This document shows, piece after piece, positions 39,184-49,854 of a stretch of DNA of 64,000 nt. The DNA comes from an uncultured Thermoplasmata archaeon. Its GTDB lineage: Archaea; Thermoplasmatota; Thermoplasmata; UBA10834. Made by a program: the position numbers and the translations under genes. Position 1 is the first letter of the stretch, and each line of letters begins with the position of its first letter. Below the pieces are notes generated by a model, which was not told where the DNA came from, did no database searches, and saw only the letters and a list, made by a program, of their open reading frames with translations. The stretch lies in contig CAVRDX010000003.1 of assembly GCA_963719945.1 (NCBI GenBank), positions 294,173 through 358,172 on the forward strand, in the 5' to 3' direction.

Positions 39184-40920
39184 ATGGGACAGTGGGACGT
39201 TCGCTTGATCAGTGTATCCTATTCAGTTGTAGAGGAAGCGCTCACTCTGCACCTGTTTGGAAAGACGGATGACGGGAAATCGATAGCGATCACATACACT
39301 GGCTTCGAGCCGTATTTTTTTGTGCTGGACCCAGACGATGGTGTCATCGGCACTCTCGAGAACGATGATCGTGTGAAGCGCCTTGAGGACACGGAGCTAT
39401 ATCACAAAGCTGCGAAGAAACCCGCAAAGAAGGTCGTTGTCACCTATCCCTGGCTAGTGCCTGATATCCGCAGCCAGGTCATCAATAGGACGACCGTCCT
39501 TGCGGCAGACATACCATTCCATTTCAGGTTCATCTATGATCGAAATCTAGGATCATGCGTCCGCGTGATCGGCGAGGAGTACAAGGATGAGAAGTACAAG
39601 ACGGACCTGGTTGTGAAGGCGAGGGAATTCCAGGATATCAAGCCGTTCAGACCGAAGCTGAAGATTCTCAGCTTCGACATCGAAACGAGCCTCAGGGAAT
39701 CGAAGATATTCACCATCTGTTGCGTGGTCAAGACCGGCGACGAAATAGAATCACAGATGTTCGAGGGGGACGAGGGGAAGATGATCCAGGACTTCTCGAA
39801 CTACATTCTGAAGTCCGATCCAGACGTCATCACGGGATACAACATCGACGGGTTCGACATACCTCAGATAATGAAGCGCGTTCAGGAGTTGAAACTGCCA
39901 GAACCAGCGTGGGGCAGGTATCCAGGCGCGATAAAGCAGTACAACAAGCGGTTCTGGAGGTGCGAGGGCAGGGTCATCATCGATGCCTGGTGGGCGGTCA
40001 AGAAGACCTTGAAGCCCAAACAGGAGACTCTGAACGCTGTGTCCAAGCAGCTCCTGGGCGAGGAGAAGCACGATGTCGACCCAAAGAAGATGGATGCTGA
40101 ATGGGCGAACGACAAGGAGAGGGTGATGAAGTACTGCACGCACGACGCTCACTTGGCGCTCAGAGTTCTGGAGAAGGTCTCCATGCTCCCTCGAAGCATG
40201 GACCTCGCCGCGGTGTCCAAACTTCCGCTGGACGATGTCGTGAACGGCACCACCTCACAGCTGATCGACTCCATACTGATACGGTTGGCCGATGAGGGCA
40301 ACATCGCTGTGCCGATGACCTCTCGGAACTACGACGATGCGGAGATGATCGAAGGCGGATACGTGCACGATATCACCCCTGGATTGCATCACTGGGTGCT
40401 CACGCTCGATTTCAGGAGCATGTATCCGAGCACCATCATATCGAAGAACATCTGCTTCACGACGCTTCATCCGGATGGCACGATCGTGTCTCCTTCGGGC
40501 GCGAGGTTCCTCGACAAGAGCGAGAGGATCGGCCTGCTTCCCAGGATACTAGAGAGCCTGATGGCCGAGAGGGCCGCGACCAAGAAGGCTATGAAGGATG
40601 CCGAGACCGAGGACGAGAAGGATTATTACAACGGTCTCCAGGATGCCATCAAGATACTGATGAACTCATTCTATGGAGTGCTCGCCTCTTCGTTCTACAG
40701 GTTCACCGACCCGAGCATAGGAGCGAGCATAACCTCATTCGCGCGTGAGGCGACGAAGGAACTCATCAAGAAGCTGGAGTCCGAGAACCTGACGGTGATC
40801 TACTCCGACACGGATTCCGTCTTCTTCCTGTCCCCTCAGCAGAACCTGGAAGGGTCAGTCAAATTCGGCCAGCAGATAGCTGAACGGTTCTCCAAAGGCG
40901 GGATGGTGCTGGAGTTCGAC
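39184..40920 (+). CDS. polB: Family B DNA polymerase, 3'-truncated at the genome junction
   Basis: ExoI SFDIET, ExoII GYNIDGFD, motif A DFRSMYPS, motif B KILMNSFYG, motif C YSDTDS; similarity stops at LEF, no KKRY or thumb domain. Confidence 0.92.
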
Positions 40921-40930
40921 TGCCTGTTGA
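40910..40930. other. Archaeal-bacterial junction (probable chimera or concatenation)
   Basis: Two convergent genes both interrupted here; abrupt change in GC, taxonomic signal and frameshift rate. Confidence 0.85.
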
Positions 40931-41365
40931 CCTGCTTGAGCCTGGCTATCTCCTGCCGCAGCAACTCCTTCCCCTCGGAGATACTGGGCTCCGGACCCTG
41001 AAGTCCAGGTACTCCGCCATGCGATCGACCATCAGCCTGATCTCACCCGGGTCATCGGAGTCGAAGCCTTCGCTGATCTCCTTGCACTTCTGCAGTTCCT
41101 CTATGGCCGCCACCGCATGGTTCCGGAAGCGGATCATGCGTTTCTCCACTCTCTCGGTGTCCCCGGCCATGGTCAGGTGCATGATGATCCTCCCCGAGCG
41201 CTTGTCCGTCTCGCTCTTGAAGCCGCCGGCATCAAAGTCGAAGGCGTCCTGGACCACTCCCCTTAGCCCTCTCTTGCCGGCAGTCTCCATGAAGCCGCGC
41301 GCGCCGTCGAGCATGCCGCCGAACTGCTTGGTGATGTCGGTTATCGGCTTGAAGATCTTGAGCAT
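40920..41365 (-). CDS. Bacterial hypothetical protein, frameshifted and cut at the junction
   Basis: SD-like AAAGGGAAGG before ATG; continues in another frame (SISEGKELLRQEIARLKQVNRQ) into the junction. Confidence 0.55.
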
Positions 41366-41570
41366 CGTCCTTCCCTTTCTAAGCGCCTATTATTCAAACG
41401 GTTCTGCCATCTTTCTACAATCTTATTCCCTCGTCACCAGACCGGCAAACCGTGTCGCGGCGCGGGCAACTGCACGGCACTTATTCAAGGCCGGGCATTG
41501 AAGGTATAATGGGGTCCGTCAGGAAAGAAGCCCTGGGGTGCCAGGATTACCGGGAAGAGAGTGATCGAGT

Positions 41571-42245
41571 ATGGGTCATGTGGTGCTGCAGGTCCTGCCG
41601 TCGGCGCTGTTCCTGGCCTTCAGCCCGGTCATCATCGCCCTGGTGGTGCTGCTGCTGGCCTCCAGCAAGCCGCTCCGCAATTCGATGGCTTTCACCCTCC
41701 CCAGCATCGTCGGGAGCATGCTGGTGGGGATGGTGCTCATCGTCGCCTTCAACGGCAGGGACTTCACCCCCAAGAGCACCGCGTCCGACCTGACTTACTG
41801 GGCTCAGATCATCACCGGCGTGGTCTTCTTCGTCATCGGCTTCTTCTGCTGGTGGAAGCTGCCCAAGGGCAGCGACTCCATGAAGCTACCCAAGTGGGCT
41901 CAGTACATCGACACCCTCGAGCCGCGCAAGGCCCTGCTCTTCGGGGTCATCCTCTTCCTCAACAACGTCTTCTTCACCTTCACCGCGGTGGTGGACACCC
42001 TCGTCGCCCAGCCCAAGTTGAGCGTCGCCGATGGGTTCCTGGTGCTGCTCTTCTTCACCCTCATCAGCACCGTGGGCATGTGGACCCTCATCGTCTACAA
42101 GATCGCTGCGCCCGAAAGCTCTACCCCTAACTTCGAGCGGATGCGGACCTGGCTGATCAGGTACAACCGCATCATCCTCATCCTCGAGTTCGGCATCCTG
42201 GGAGTGCTGACGCTGCTCAAGGGGGTCATCGGGCTGATCCGATGA
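41571..42245 (+). CDS. GAP/Sap family (glycolipid-addressing-like) membrane protein
   Basis: LAFSP..VVLLL, about 6 TM, PKW, RMRTWL..N, C-terminal KG. Confidence 0.75.
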   Translation: MGHVVLQVLPSALFLAFSPVIIALVVLLLASSKPLRNSMAFTLPSIVGSMLVGMVLIVAFNGRDFTPKSTASDLTYWAQIITGVVFFVIGFFCWWKLPKGSDSMKLPKWAQYIDTLEPRKALLFGVILFLNNVFFTFTAVVDTLVAQPKLSVADGFLVLLFFTLISTVGMWTLIVYKIAAPESSTPNFERMRTWLIRYNRIILILEFGILGVLTLLKGVIGLIR

Positions 42246-42263
42246 GTCCCGGGCCGGGAGCGC

Positions 42264-42986
42264 CTAGCGGTCTATCTCGAAGACGCAGCAGGGGGCACCC
42301 GCGGCCGCGCATTCGACTTCCCGCGCCTCGACGGTCTCCCCCAGGATGGAGGAGGCATGCCCGGCGATGAAGCCCGTGAAGAACTGGCACACCGGCGCAT
42401 CCGAAGGGCCCAGGTAACGGGCCTCCTGGGAGTTGTACAGCCTCACCCTGATGGGACGCGACGCCAGCTCGAACTCGACGCGCCCCCAGCCGCCCTCGTT
42501 GAGGATGATGCGGGTCACCATGGCCTCGATGCGCAGGAAGAACCGGGCCGTCAGGGGGTCAGACCGCACGGTGTCGATGACCCGGCTGTTGTAGATCAGC
42601 GGGACCAGGGCACCAGGCGACCAGCGCCCCTTCTCCAGCGCCGCTCGAGCCTCGTAATAGCAGGCCTTGAAGCCGATGTCGTAGAGGATGCGCCGCTTCT
42701 CCTCCTCACCCACGATACCGTCGAAGGCCTCGTGCAGGATCTGGATGAACTCCGACCCGAAGAGCATCTCGTCCACCCCGCCGATGCCGATGCGCCCGCG
42801 GGCCACGTCCACGTCGTGCATCTCGAAGGCGGTGGCCCCCATGAAGGCCCGCATCATTATCTTGAGCCGTCCGGCCAGGAAGGGCGCGTTGGCGATGGGC
42901 CGCAGGAACAGCCTGGTGAAAAGCGGGTGCCGGTCCAGGGTCTCCATGCCGTAGAGCAGCACCTTCAATCGAGTCCTCTCGAACAT
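42264..42986 (-). CDS. V4R (4-vinyl reductase) domain protein
   Basis: GGWG, NSQEA, PVCQFFTGFIAG, EVECAAAGAPCCVFEI. Confidence 0.85.
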   Translation of the reverse strand: MFERTRLKVLLYGMETLDRHPLFTRLFLRPIANAPFLAGRLKIMMRAFMGATAFEMHDVDVARGRIGIGGVDEMLFGSEFIQILHEAFDGIVGEEEKRRILYDIGFKACYYEARAALEKGRWSPGALVPLIYNSRVIDTVRSDPLTARFFLRIEAMVTRIILNEGGWGRVEFELASRPIRVRLYNSQEARYLGPSDAPVCQFFTGFIAGHASSILGETVEAREVECAAAGAPCCVFEIDR

Positions 42987-43112
42987 GCGCGCCTCCTTTA
43001 TATCGAAGGTCATCGGACTCCGCGGTCCCAGCCGGAAGGATCAAGGGGAGCAGCCTGTTATTCTTCACAAGATCATTCTATTCTATAATCAAGGCAGAAA
43101 AAGGGGGAAGGC

Positions 43113-43939
43113 ATGAAGAAGGTCACAGGTTTCGACGGTAAGCTCGTTTTCATCACCGGGGGGTCGAGCGGCATCGGGTTGTCCGCCGCCGAGATCCTGG
43201 CGCGGGAAGGCGCGGACGTGGTGATCTTCGCTCGGGGGCGGGAACGCCTGGAGGAAGCGGCGCGACGGATGGAGGCGGCTAGAAAGCAGGAGGGGCAGCG
43301 CCTCGGCTTCCGGCAGATGGACGTCTCCGACCACGACGAGGTGACGCGGGTGCTGGCGGAGGCCGTCGCCGCCTTCGGCCCCCCCGACATCCTCATCAAC
43401 TCGGCCGGGCGCGCCTACCCCGACTACTTCTTAAACATCGGCTACCAGCAGTTCGACGAGACCATGAAGGTGCACATCTACGGCGTCTGGAATACCATCT
43501 CGGCCCTGGTGCCGCACATGAAACAGCGGGGCGGGTATATCGTCAACGTCACCTCGCTGCTGGGCTTCATGGGCGTGTTCGGGTACGCCGACTACTGCCC
43601 CTCCAAGTTCGCCATCATCGGCTTCTCCGAGGTGCTCAGGAGCGAGCTCGCGCGCTACGGTATCGGGGTGTCCGGTAGTATGTCCCCCCCGACACCGACA
43701 CTCCCGGCTTCGTCGTGGAGAACCGCACCAAGCCGCCGGAGACGGTGGCGGTGAGCGAGGGAGGCGGCCTGATGCAGCCGGAAGAGGTGGCGCGGGCGCT
43801 GATCAAGGGGGTGCGCAAGGGCCGAAGTTCTATATCTGCCGCGGGCTCGTCCCGCACGGTCTTCTACCTCAAGCGCTTCACCCCCTGGCTGTTGGACCTG
43901 GTGATGGACCGCCAGATCCGCAAGGCGCAGAAGGCCTAG
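43113..43939 (+). CDS. Short-chain dehydrogenase/reductase (KDSR-like), frameshift near 43680
   Basis: ITGGSSGIG, INSAG, YCPSK, then PPDTDTPGF..EN..KP in a shifted frame. Confidence 0.85.
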
Positions 43940-44658
43940 GTCTCCAGCTCGAAGACGCAGCGGGGCGCGCCCATGGCCGCGCACTCCACTTCCCGCGCCT
44001 GCAGCTCCACCCCGCTGATGGCGGCCGCGTAGCCGGCCACGATCCCGGCGTAGAGGTGGCAGACTGGCACGTCGGAAGGCCCCAGCCAGGCGGCCTCCTG
44101 GGAATTCGAAAGATAGACCCGCATGGGCCGGGACCCCACCTCGAATTCCAGGTGGCCCCAGCCGCCCTCGTCGGTGATGACGCGTGAGGTCATGTCCATC
44201 ACTTTCGTGAAGAAACGGGCCGTCAGGGGGTCGGACCGCACGTCGTCGAGGATGGTGCGGTTGACCATCAGGGGCAGCAGCACCTTCGGAGCCCAGCGGC
44301 CGCCGCCCAGGGCGGTGGACACCTCCCAGCGGCACAGGTTGTAGCCGAGCTCGTACAGGGCGGCGTCCTTCTCCTCCCCCGGCAGGCGCGCGGCCAGCAC
44401 CGCGTGCAGCTGCTCCACCACCTTGCAGCCGAACATGATCTCCTCCACCCCGCCTACGCCGATGCGCCCGCGTTCGAGGTCCACATCGTGCATCTCGAAG
44501 GCGGTGGCCCCCATGAAGCCGCGGAAGAGAATGCCCAGCCGGTCCTTGAGCCATGGGGCGTTGGCCGCGGGCCGCAGGAACAGGCGGGTGAGCCGCGGGT
44601 GCCTCTCCAGCGACTCCATACCGAACAAGAGCGCTTGCATCTGCAGCCTCTTGAACAC
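43936..44658 (-). CDS. V4R domain protein, paralog of 42264-42986
   Basis: Shared FMGATAFEMHDVD, RIGxGGV, VRSDPLTARFF, EGGWG, REVECAA. Confidence 0.85.
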   Translation of the reverse strand: MFKRLQMQALLFGMESLERHPRLTRLFLRPAANAPWLKDRLGILFRGFMGATAFEMHDVDLERGRIGVGGVEEIMFGCKVVEQLHAVLAARLPGEEKDAALYELGYNLCRWEVSTALGGGRWAPKVLLPLMVNRTILDDVRSDPLTARFFTKVMDMTSRVITDEGGWGHLEFEVGSRPMRVYLSNSQEAAWLGPSDVPVCHLYAGIVAGYAAAISGVELQAREVECAAMGAPRCVFELET

Positions 44659-44705
44659 GTCTACCTCCTTCCAGGGTTGCCGGGAACGCACTTCCATTAT
44701 ATACA

Positions 44706-44728
44706 GTAGCCCGGGGCGTGAGCCCCGG
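44706..44728 (+). repeat. GTAG-type REP element
   Basis: GTAG-CCCGGGG-CGTGAG-CCCCGG; same family as 52169-52321. Confidence 0.6.
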
Positions 44729-44837
44729 TAAGACCGGCGAGGTAAAGAATCGAGACCCGGCCCCGGGTAAAGGCCCGAGGCAGAAGAGGCGCCCGCCCGG
44801 GTGGGCGGAGCTGCCTCGAAGTCGGCCGTTCCCTCTC

Positions 44838-47800
44838 TCAGGGCGTAGTGGCCGAGGCCTCCGCGGAAGGAGCGGAATCGGCCTGGACCGTCGGGAAGCC
44901 GATGGCGGGAGCCGGATACGGCACCGGAGGCAGGTAACCGACCGCGTTGGTGGCTATCACCCGGTAGTAGTAAGTCGTCGCCCCTGCACCGTTGTGTCTA
45001 TGTATGCCTCCTGGGGAGGACTGGTCCCGGGCCGGTCGGCCGTCTGCACGTTCGCGATAGTCTCCCACGGGACGGTCATTGGATCCGTGGTCCGCTGGAC
45101 GATGAAGTACATCTCGTCGGTGGAATTATCGTTCCAGGTCAGCGAGATCTGGGGTCCCGCGGCGGCCACGGCGGCCAGGCCGTCTGGCGCGATTGGGACA
45201 GTCCGAGCCGGTGTGAAGCAGAGCGTATGCATCATGTCCATCTCCTCGTGTGAGAGGATGTGGCAGTGCATCATGTACTCCCAGCCGAAGTTGACCAGGA
45301 CGTTGTCGATAGTTACCGGTTCCCCGCCCGGCTCGAACCATTGGTTGACCGGTGGTGGCGTCATCAGTGGTACGCCGACCGGCATTGCCGGGTCTATGGG
45401 CCGGATGCTGTCCGGAACCTCGAATGGTACGTCGGGAGCATAAGGTCTTACGGCTATGATGGTATCCTCCAATGGGTTCACCCTGATCGTTTCCTTCCAG
45501 CCCAACTCGTTGGGGTCCGGGGGGATTACAGCGTTGTCCCAAGCCACCCGGTTGATCAACTGCACGTTGAACAGGTGGAAATGAAGGGGGTGCGTGTCCA
45601 CGCCATTGTGGGTTATCTTCCATATCTGGGTTCCATCACCGGGTAACGGTTCGGAGGGCGTGATGTTATCTATGGTGATATCGACGGGAGGAGAGCTGAA
45701 CGGGTACAGTATGAAGTTCTGGTTCTGGGCCCCGGTATTGGGCAGTTCAAGGCCCAGGAATCCGGACATCCGCCCGTATTCCGTATCGAAGGCCTCGCCC
45801 ATCTCGTCCTGGATGGCCTTGTTCTGGAAGGGAATGGTGACCATCGCGCCCGAGATGGTCTCGAAGGTCTTCTCGAACTCGAAGATCCTCACGTATGGAT
45901 CCGCCGGGAAATCCCCATCGTAAGCCGAGTTGTACGTGTCACTGGGCACGAGGATCGGGATCCTGCGTGGACGCGAAGACACCGGGGTTCGTGGCGGTCT
46001 GGGACCAGGCCGCCTCCAGCGCGGCTACGTCGTAAGGGGCAGCCGGCGTAGCGTCCGCCACCTTTATCTGCATGACGGTCCGGGTGTTGGGGCCGTAACC
46101 GGGGACCACCGTGGGGGCGCCTCCCGTTTCAGTAAGGTCGGGAGCGCCTGTGTAGTAATCGTAGCGCGGGTCGCGTGCCGGGAAGGGCGCCGGGGAGTCG
46201 TTGTAGAGGATGAGGGTCTTGCCGGCATAGGCCGAGAAGTCGACGATGACGTCGGCCCGCTCCGCCGGGCCCAGGAGGACCGTATGGCTGCTCACGTTGC
46301 CCACGTTGAACAGCGTGGGGTCGGCTATCCAGTCGATGGGCTGGTTGGGCATGACCGCGGGCGCGGGCAGGAAGCCGCCCTCGGTACCGATCTGTATCCA
46401 GTCGGGGCCGGCCGTCGCCGGATCCGGAACGCCGCCTTCCCTCCCGTCAACCGGCCAGGTCTCGGGATATCCCGCGGTCGCGTTGGCCGGAACCATCTTG
46501 ACCTCTGTGTTGGTCCTTCCATCCGGTGTGACTGCCGTCGGGTCGGCCTCGTAGAGCTGCAAGTTGAAGAAGCGGTCGTCCGCGATGCTCAAGACGCGGA
46601 ACCGGTAGGCCTTGGGATCCACGGTCATGGTGGGATAGGCGGTCCCGTTGACCACCGGCGTGTCCATGAAGGCCTCCATCACGCTGGAAACGTCGGGGAC
46701 TCCGGGATGGTCTCGTTCTCCCAGGGCGCGTTGACCGGGTCGTAGTACGGGTTCGGAACCGGCCCGTACATGACGTCGGTGGTCGGCGGCCAGAACCACG
46801 GCCCGTAGTGCCAGCGGGCGAAGGCATTGAAGCCGCTGGGGTCGGCCGGGTTCTGGTTGGGCATGTACACGTGGGGGAACCACAGGTTGCCCTTGCCGCC
46901 CCACAGGGCCGGATTCCAGGTCGGGTCCTGCCAGGCCAGCTGCGCGTCGTCAGGCACGAAGGTCTTGTCCTGGATGATCAGGGGATCTGTTCGGCGGGTA
47001 TGACCTGCGCCAGGCCGGGATTCGCACCGGAGACGTTGGTTCCGTCGATCAGGTCCTTCTCGACCGGGTCCTCGATAAGATAGGGAGCGGCCTGCCCGGC
47101 ATAGACGTTGAGCCGGGTGATGCCCCATGCGTGATCGTGGTAGAACTGCAGCCGGGCGCTTTGCTGGTTGGTGTAGAAGAAAGTCATCGAGCCGTCCCCG
47201 GGATCGGGCATGTCGGGTACGTTCTGTACGCTGACGCCCTCCGGATAATTGGTGTTCTCACCCGCCGGAGTTATCCACTGGTGGGGGGTGCCGTCGCTGA
47301 TCCAGGGGGTGAAGCCGCCGTGAAGGTGCACGGCCGCGCGGTTCTGCGTATATGCCTCGGCAACGTGGCCCAGGACCGTGGCGGGGCCGCCCGGGTCCTC
47401 GAGCAGCGTGACCCGGAAATGGGTCGCGTCCAGCCCCGCGGCGAGCACCGCGAACATCCCGTTGTAATCGTCGGGCTGAACCCGTGGAGCATGACCCTCA
47501 TCCCCGCCTGGAAGGTGTGGGGAGCCATGGTGGTGACCTCGATGTCGCCCCGGCCCCGCCCACGCGGTCCACCATCATGGGCATGGCCATGTTCGGCCCC
47601 ATTCCGGCCCCCATCATGGTGGTATCGACGGGGAGGAAGAGATCTCCCCCTTCGTCCGTCGGCAGGTTGTTGGTGAACTTGATCCGCACCGGGCGGTCTC
47701 TCTGCGATATGATCATGGGCCCCATGTAGTTGAACACGCCGACGGTGGGGTCGGCGCTGTTGGTCTGCCGGTATCCCTGCAGCCTGGTGGGTGGCAGGTC

Positions 47801-49611
47801 CGAGTGGAGCTGCTCGGTGTACTCTCCCAGTTCTATCTCGTAGTAGTCGGAGCCGGGATAGGTGGCCTGGTCCGGGACGGCTACGGGGATGTACTGGCCC
47901 AGGTCGTTGGCGTTGGCGGCCCCCAGGCCCGGCAGCTCATCCATGAACTTCCGCATGCCGGTGCCCGGCACAACGGCCAGGTTCGCCGCGAAGGAGAAAC
48001 CCACCACGTCGTGGCCGCCGGTCCACGCGCCGTTGTAGTTGAAATACATCGGGCGCTCGGCGATGATGCTCTGGCCGTTGGTGCACTCCACCACCGCGCT
48101 GAAGTCATGGGCGTCATCGTCACCCGTCCCCAGGACCGTGCGGGGCTGGACCGTCGCGCCGGGTGTTGGCCGGCAACGCTCAACGTCTCGGCGGCGGTGG
48201 TGCCGTCACCCTTCATGTAGGTGATGGTCACGGTCGCTGTGGTCGCTCCCGGGTTCTGAAGGCGAGATTAGGGGTCGAAGTCGGGGCGGCAGGTGCCCTC
48301 GGCGAAGTAGAAAGCGGAATCGGCGACCATCGCCCCGATGACGTCGTGCGCCGCCGGTCCATTCCCCCTTGTAGTTGAAGTACATCGGGCGCTCCGCCAG
48401 GATGGGCTGGTCGGACTGGATCTTCACCGAGACCTCCCTGTCCGTCCCCACCACTTCGTTGACGTTGACGGTGGCGCGGGAGGTCGGACCGACGTTCATG
48501 TCCTGGGTATAGAGTGTTGCCGTCGGTGAACATGTAGGTGAACGAAGATGGGCGTCGACGGATCCGGGGTTCTGGATGGTCAGCCACTCCTCGAAGACGT
48601 CCGCCCCGGTGTACCCTTCCGCGAAGTAGAAGGTGCCGCCGAGGTTCCTGGAGCCGATTACGTCGTGGCCGCCCGTCCACATGTCCTTGTAGTTGAAGTA
48701 GATGGGGCGCTCGGCCATGATGGGGTCGTCCGCCTCTATCTTCACCGAGACCTCCCTGTCCAGGCCTACGGCTTCGTTGACGAAGACGTTGAGGCGCGAA
48801 GTGGCGCCGATATCCACGTCCTGATTTGGGTACTGCCGTCGTAGAACATGTAGGTGATGTGGGCGTTGGTGGCGTGGCGGTCCCGGGTTGAGCATGGTCA
48901 GCCACTCCTCGAAGACGTCCGCCCCGGTGTACCCTTCCGCGAAGTAGAAGGTGTTCTCCAGGGAGGTGGCGCCCATCACGTCGTGGCCGCCCGTCCACAT
49001 GTCCTTGTAGTTGAAGTACGATGGGGCGCTCCACGAAGACCTGCTGGCCGTTGGTGCACTCCACCATGGTGCCGAAGTCATGGGCGGAGTCGTCTCCCAC
49101 GCCCAGGACCGACGAGGGCAGGACGGTCAGGCGGGTGTGCGTGGTCGACTCGTCACGTCCTGGGTGGCGGTGGTACCGTCCCCTTTCATGTAGGTGATGG
49201 TCACGTCGGCGACAGCCGCGCCAGGGTTCTGGATGCAGAGGTAGGGATCGAAGCCGGGGCGGGTGGTGCCCTCGGCGAAGTAGAAGGTGGTGAAGGTGGT
49301 GACCAGTTCGGGCAGGGGGCTGTTGGCGTAGTTGGGCATGCCGAAGTAATCTGGCGTATCGCCCGGACCGACGTAGTACTGCCTGTCCGTCGAAATGGAG
49401 ATCGGGACCGGTCTTGAGCCCCAGCAGCCTCCGCGTTGTCCGCCGCGGCCTGCCTCTCCTCCTGCGTGACGATCCTGTTCGGAGTCGAGTCCCGCCGTCC
49501 TGCCGGCCCCGAGCCACGTCCGCCGGCCCCTGCGCGTAGAGCGGGCCGGCGCGAACGGAGCATGGACACCAGCAGCATGCACATCATCATGGAGATTCTC
49601 CGTCTCTTCAT
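44838..49611 (-). CDS. Large secreted multicopper oxidase (OmpB/MofA-like) with four ~105-aa repeats and a C-terminal FN3 domain; many frameshifts
   Basis: Signal peptide; PDYFGMPNYANSP; copper motifs HLHGG, FYHDHA, HPLHFH, HCHILSHEEMDMM; FYFAEG..ERPxYFNY..GGHD repeats; LTWNDNSTDE. Confidence 0.85.
48000..49290 (-). repeat. Four intragenic ~320-bp domain repeats in A-B-B-A order
   Basis: 60-bp exact duplication 48576-48635 and 48894-48953; outer units share TITYMKGDGTT and VECTNGQ. Confidence 0.85.
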
Positions 49612-49854
49612 CCTATTCCCATCCTTTCCGACAGTCCCTCCAGGTTCGCCGTTTCCCGCTGGTCCGGACGATAGCCGTCGAGACCTTCCGATTACCTTCG
49701 AGAATTAAGCTCATATTTCTCTGAAGGATAATAATTGTTTATCGAGAGGTTCTGTTGACGGATTACCATCTCTCCGCCGGAATGCATCGGATGGAAGTCG
49801 AAGGACACGGCGGCGGACAGCCTGGCGTGCCGTTGTGCACGGCAGGTCGAAAGG

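Noticed and set aside
40921-41001. Novel C-terminal extension of PolB (CLLTCLSLAISCRS..)
   Set aside because: It is read-through into the antisense strand of the bacterial gene beyond the junction.
49612-49850. Riboswitch in the multicopper oxidase leader
   Set aside because: No match by eye to c-di-GMP, c-di-AMP or other consensus motifs; an Rfam scan would be needed.
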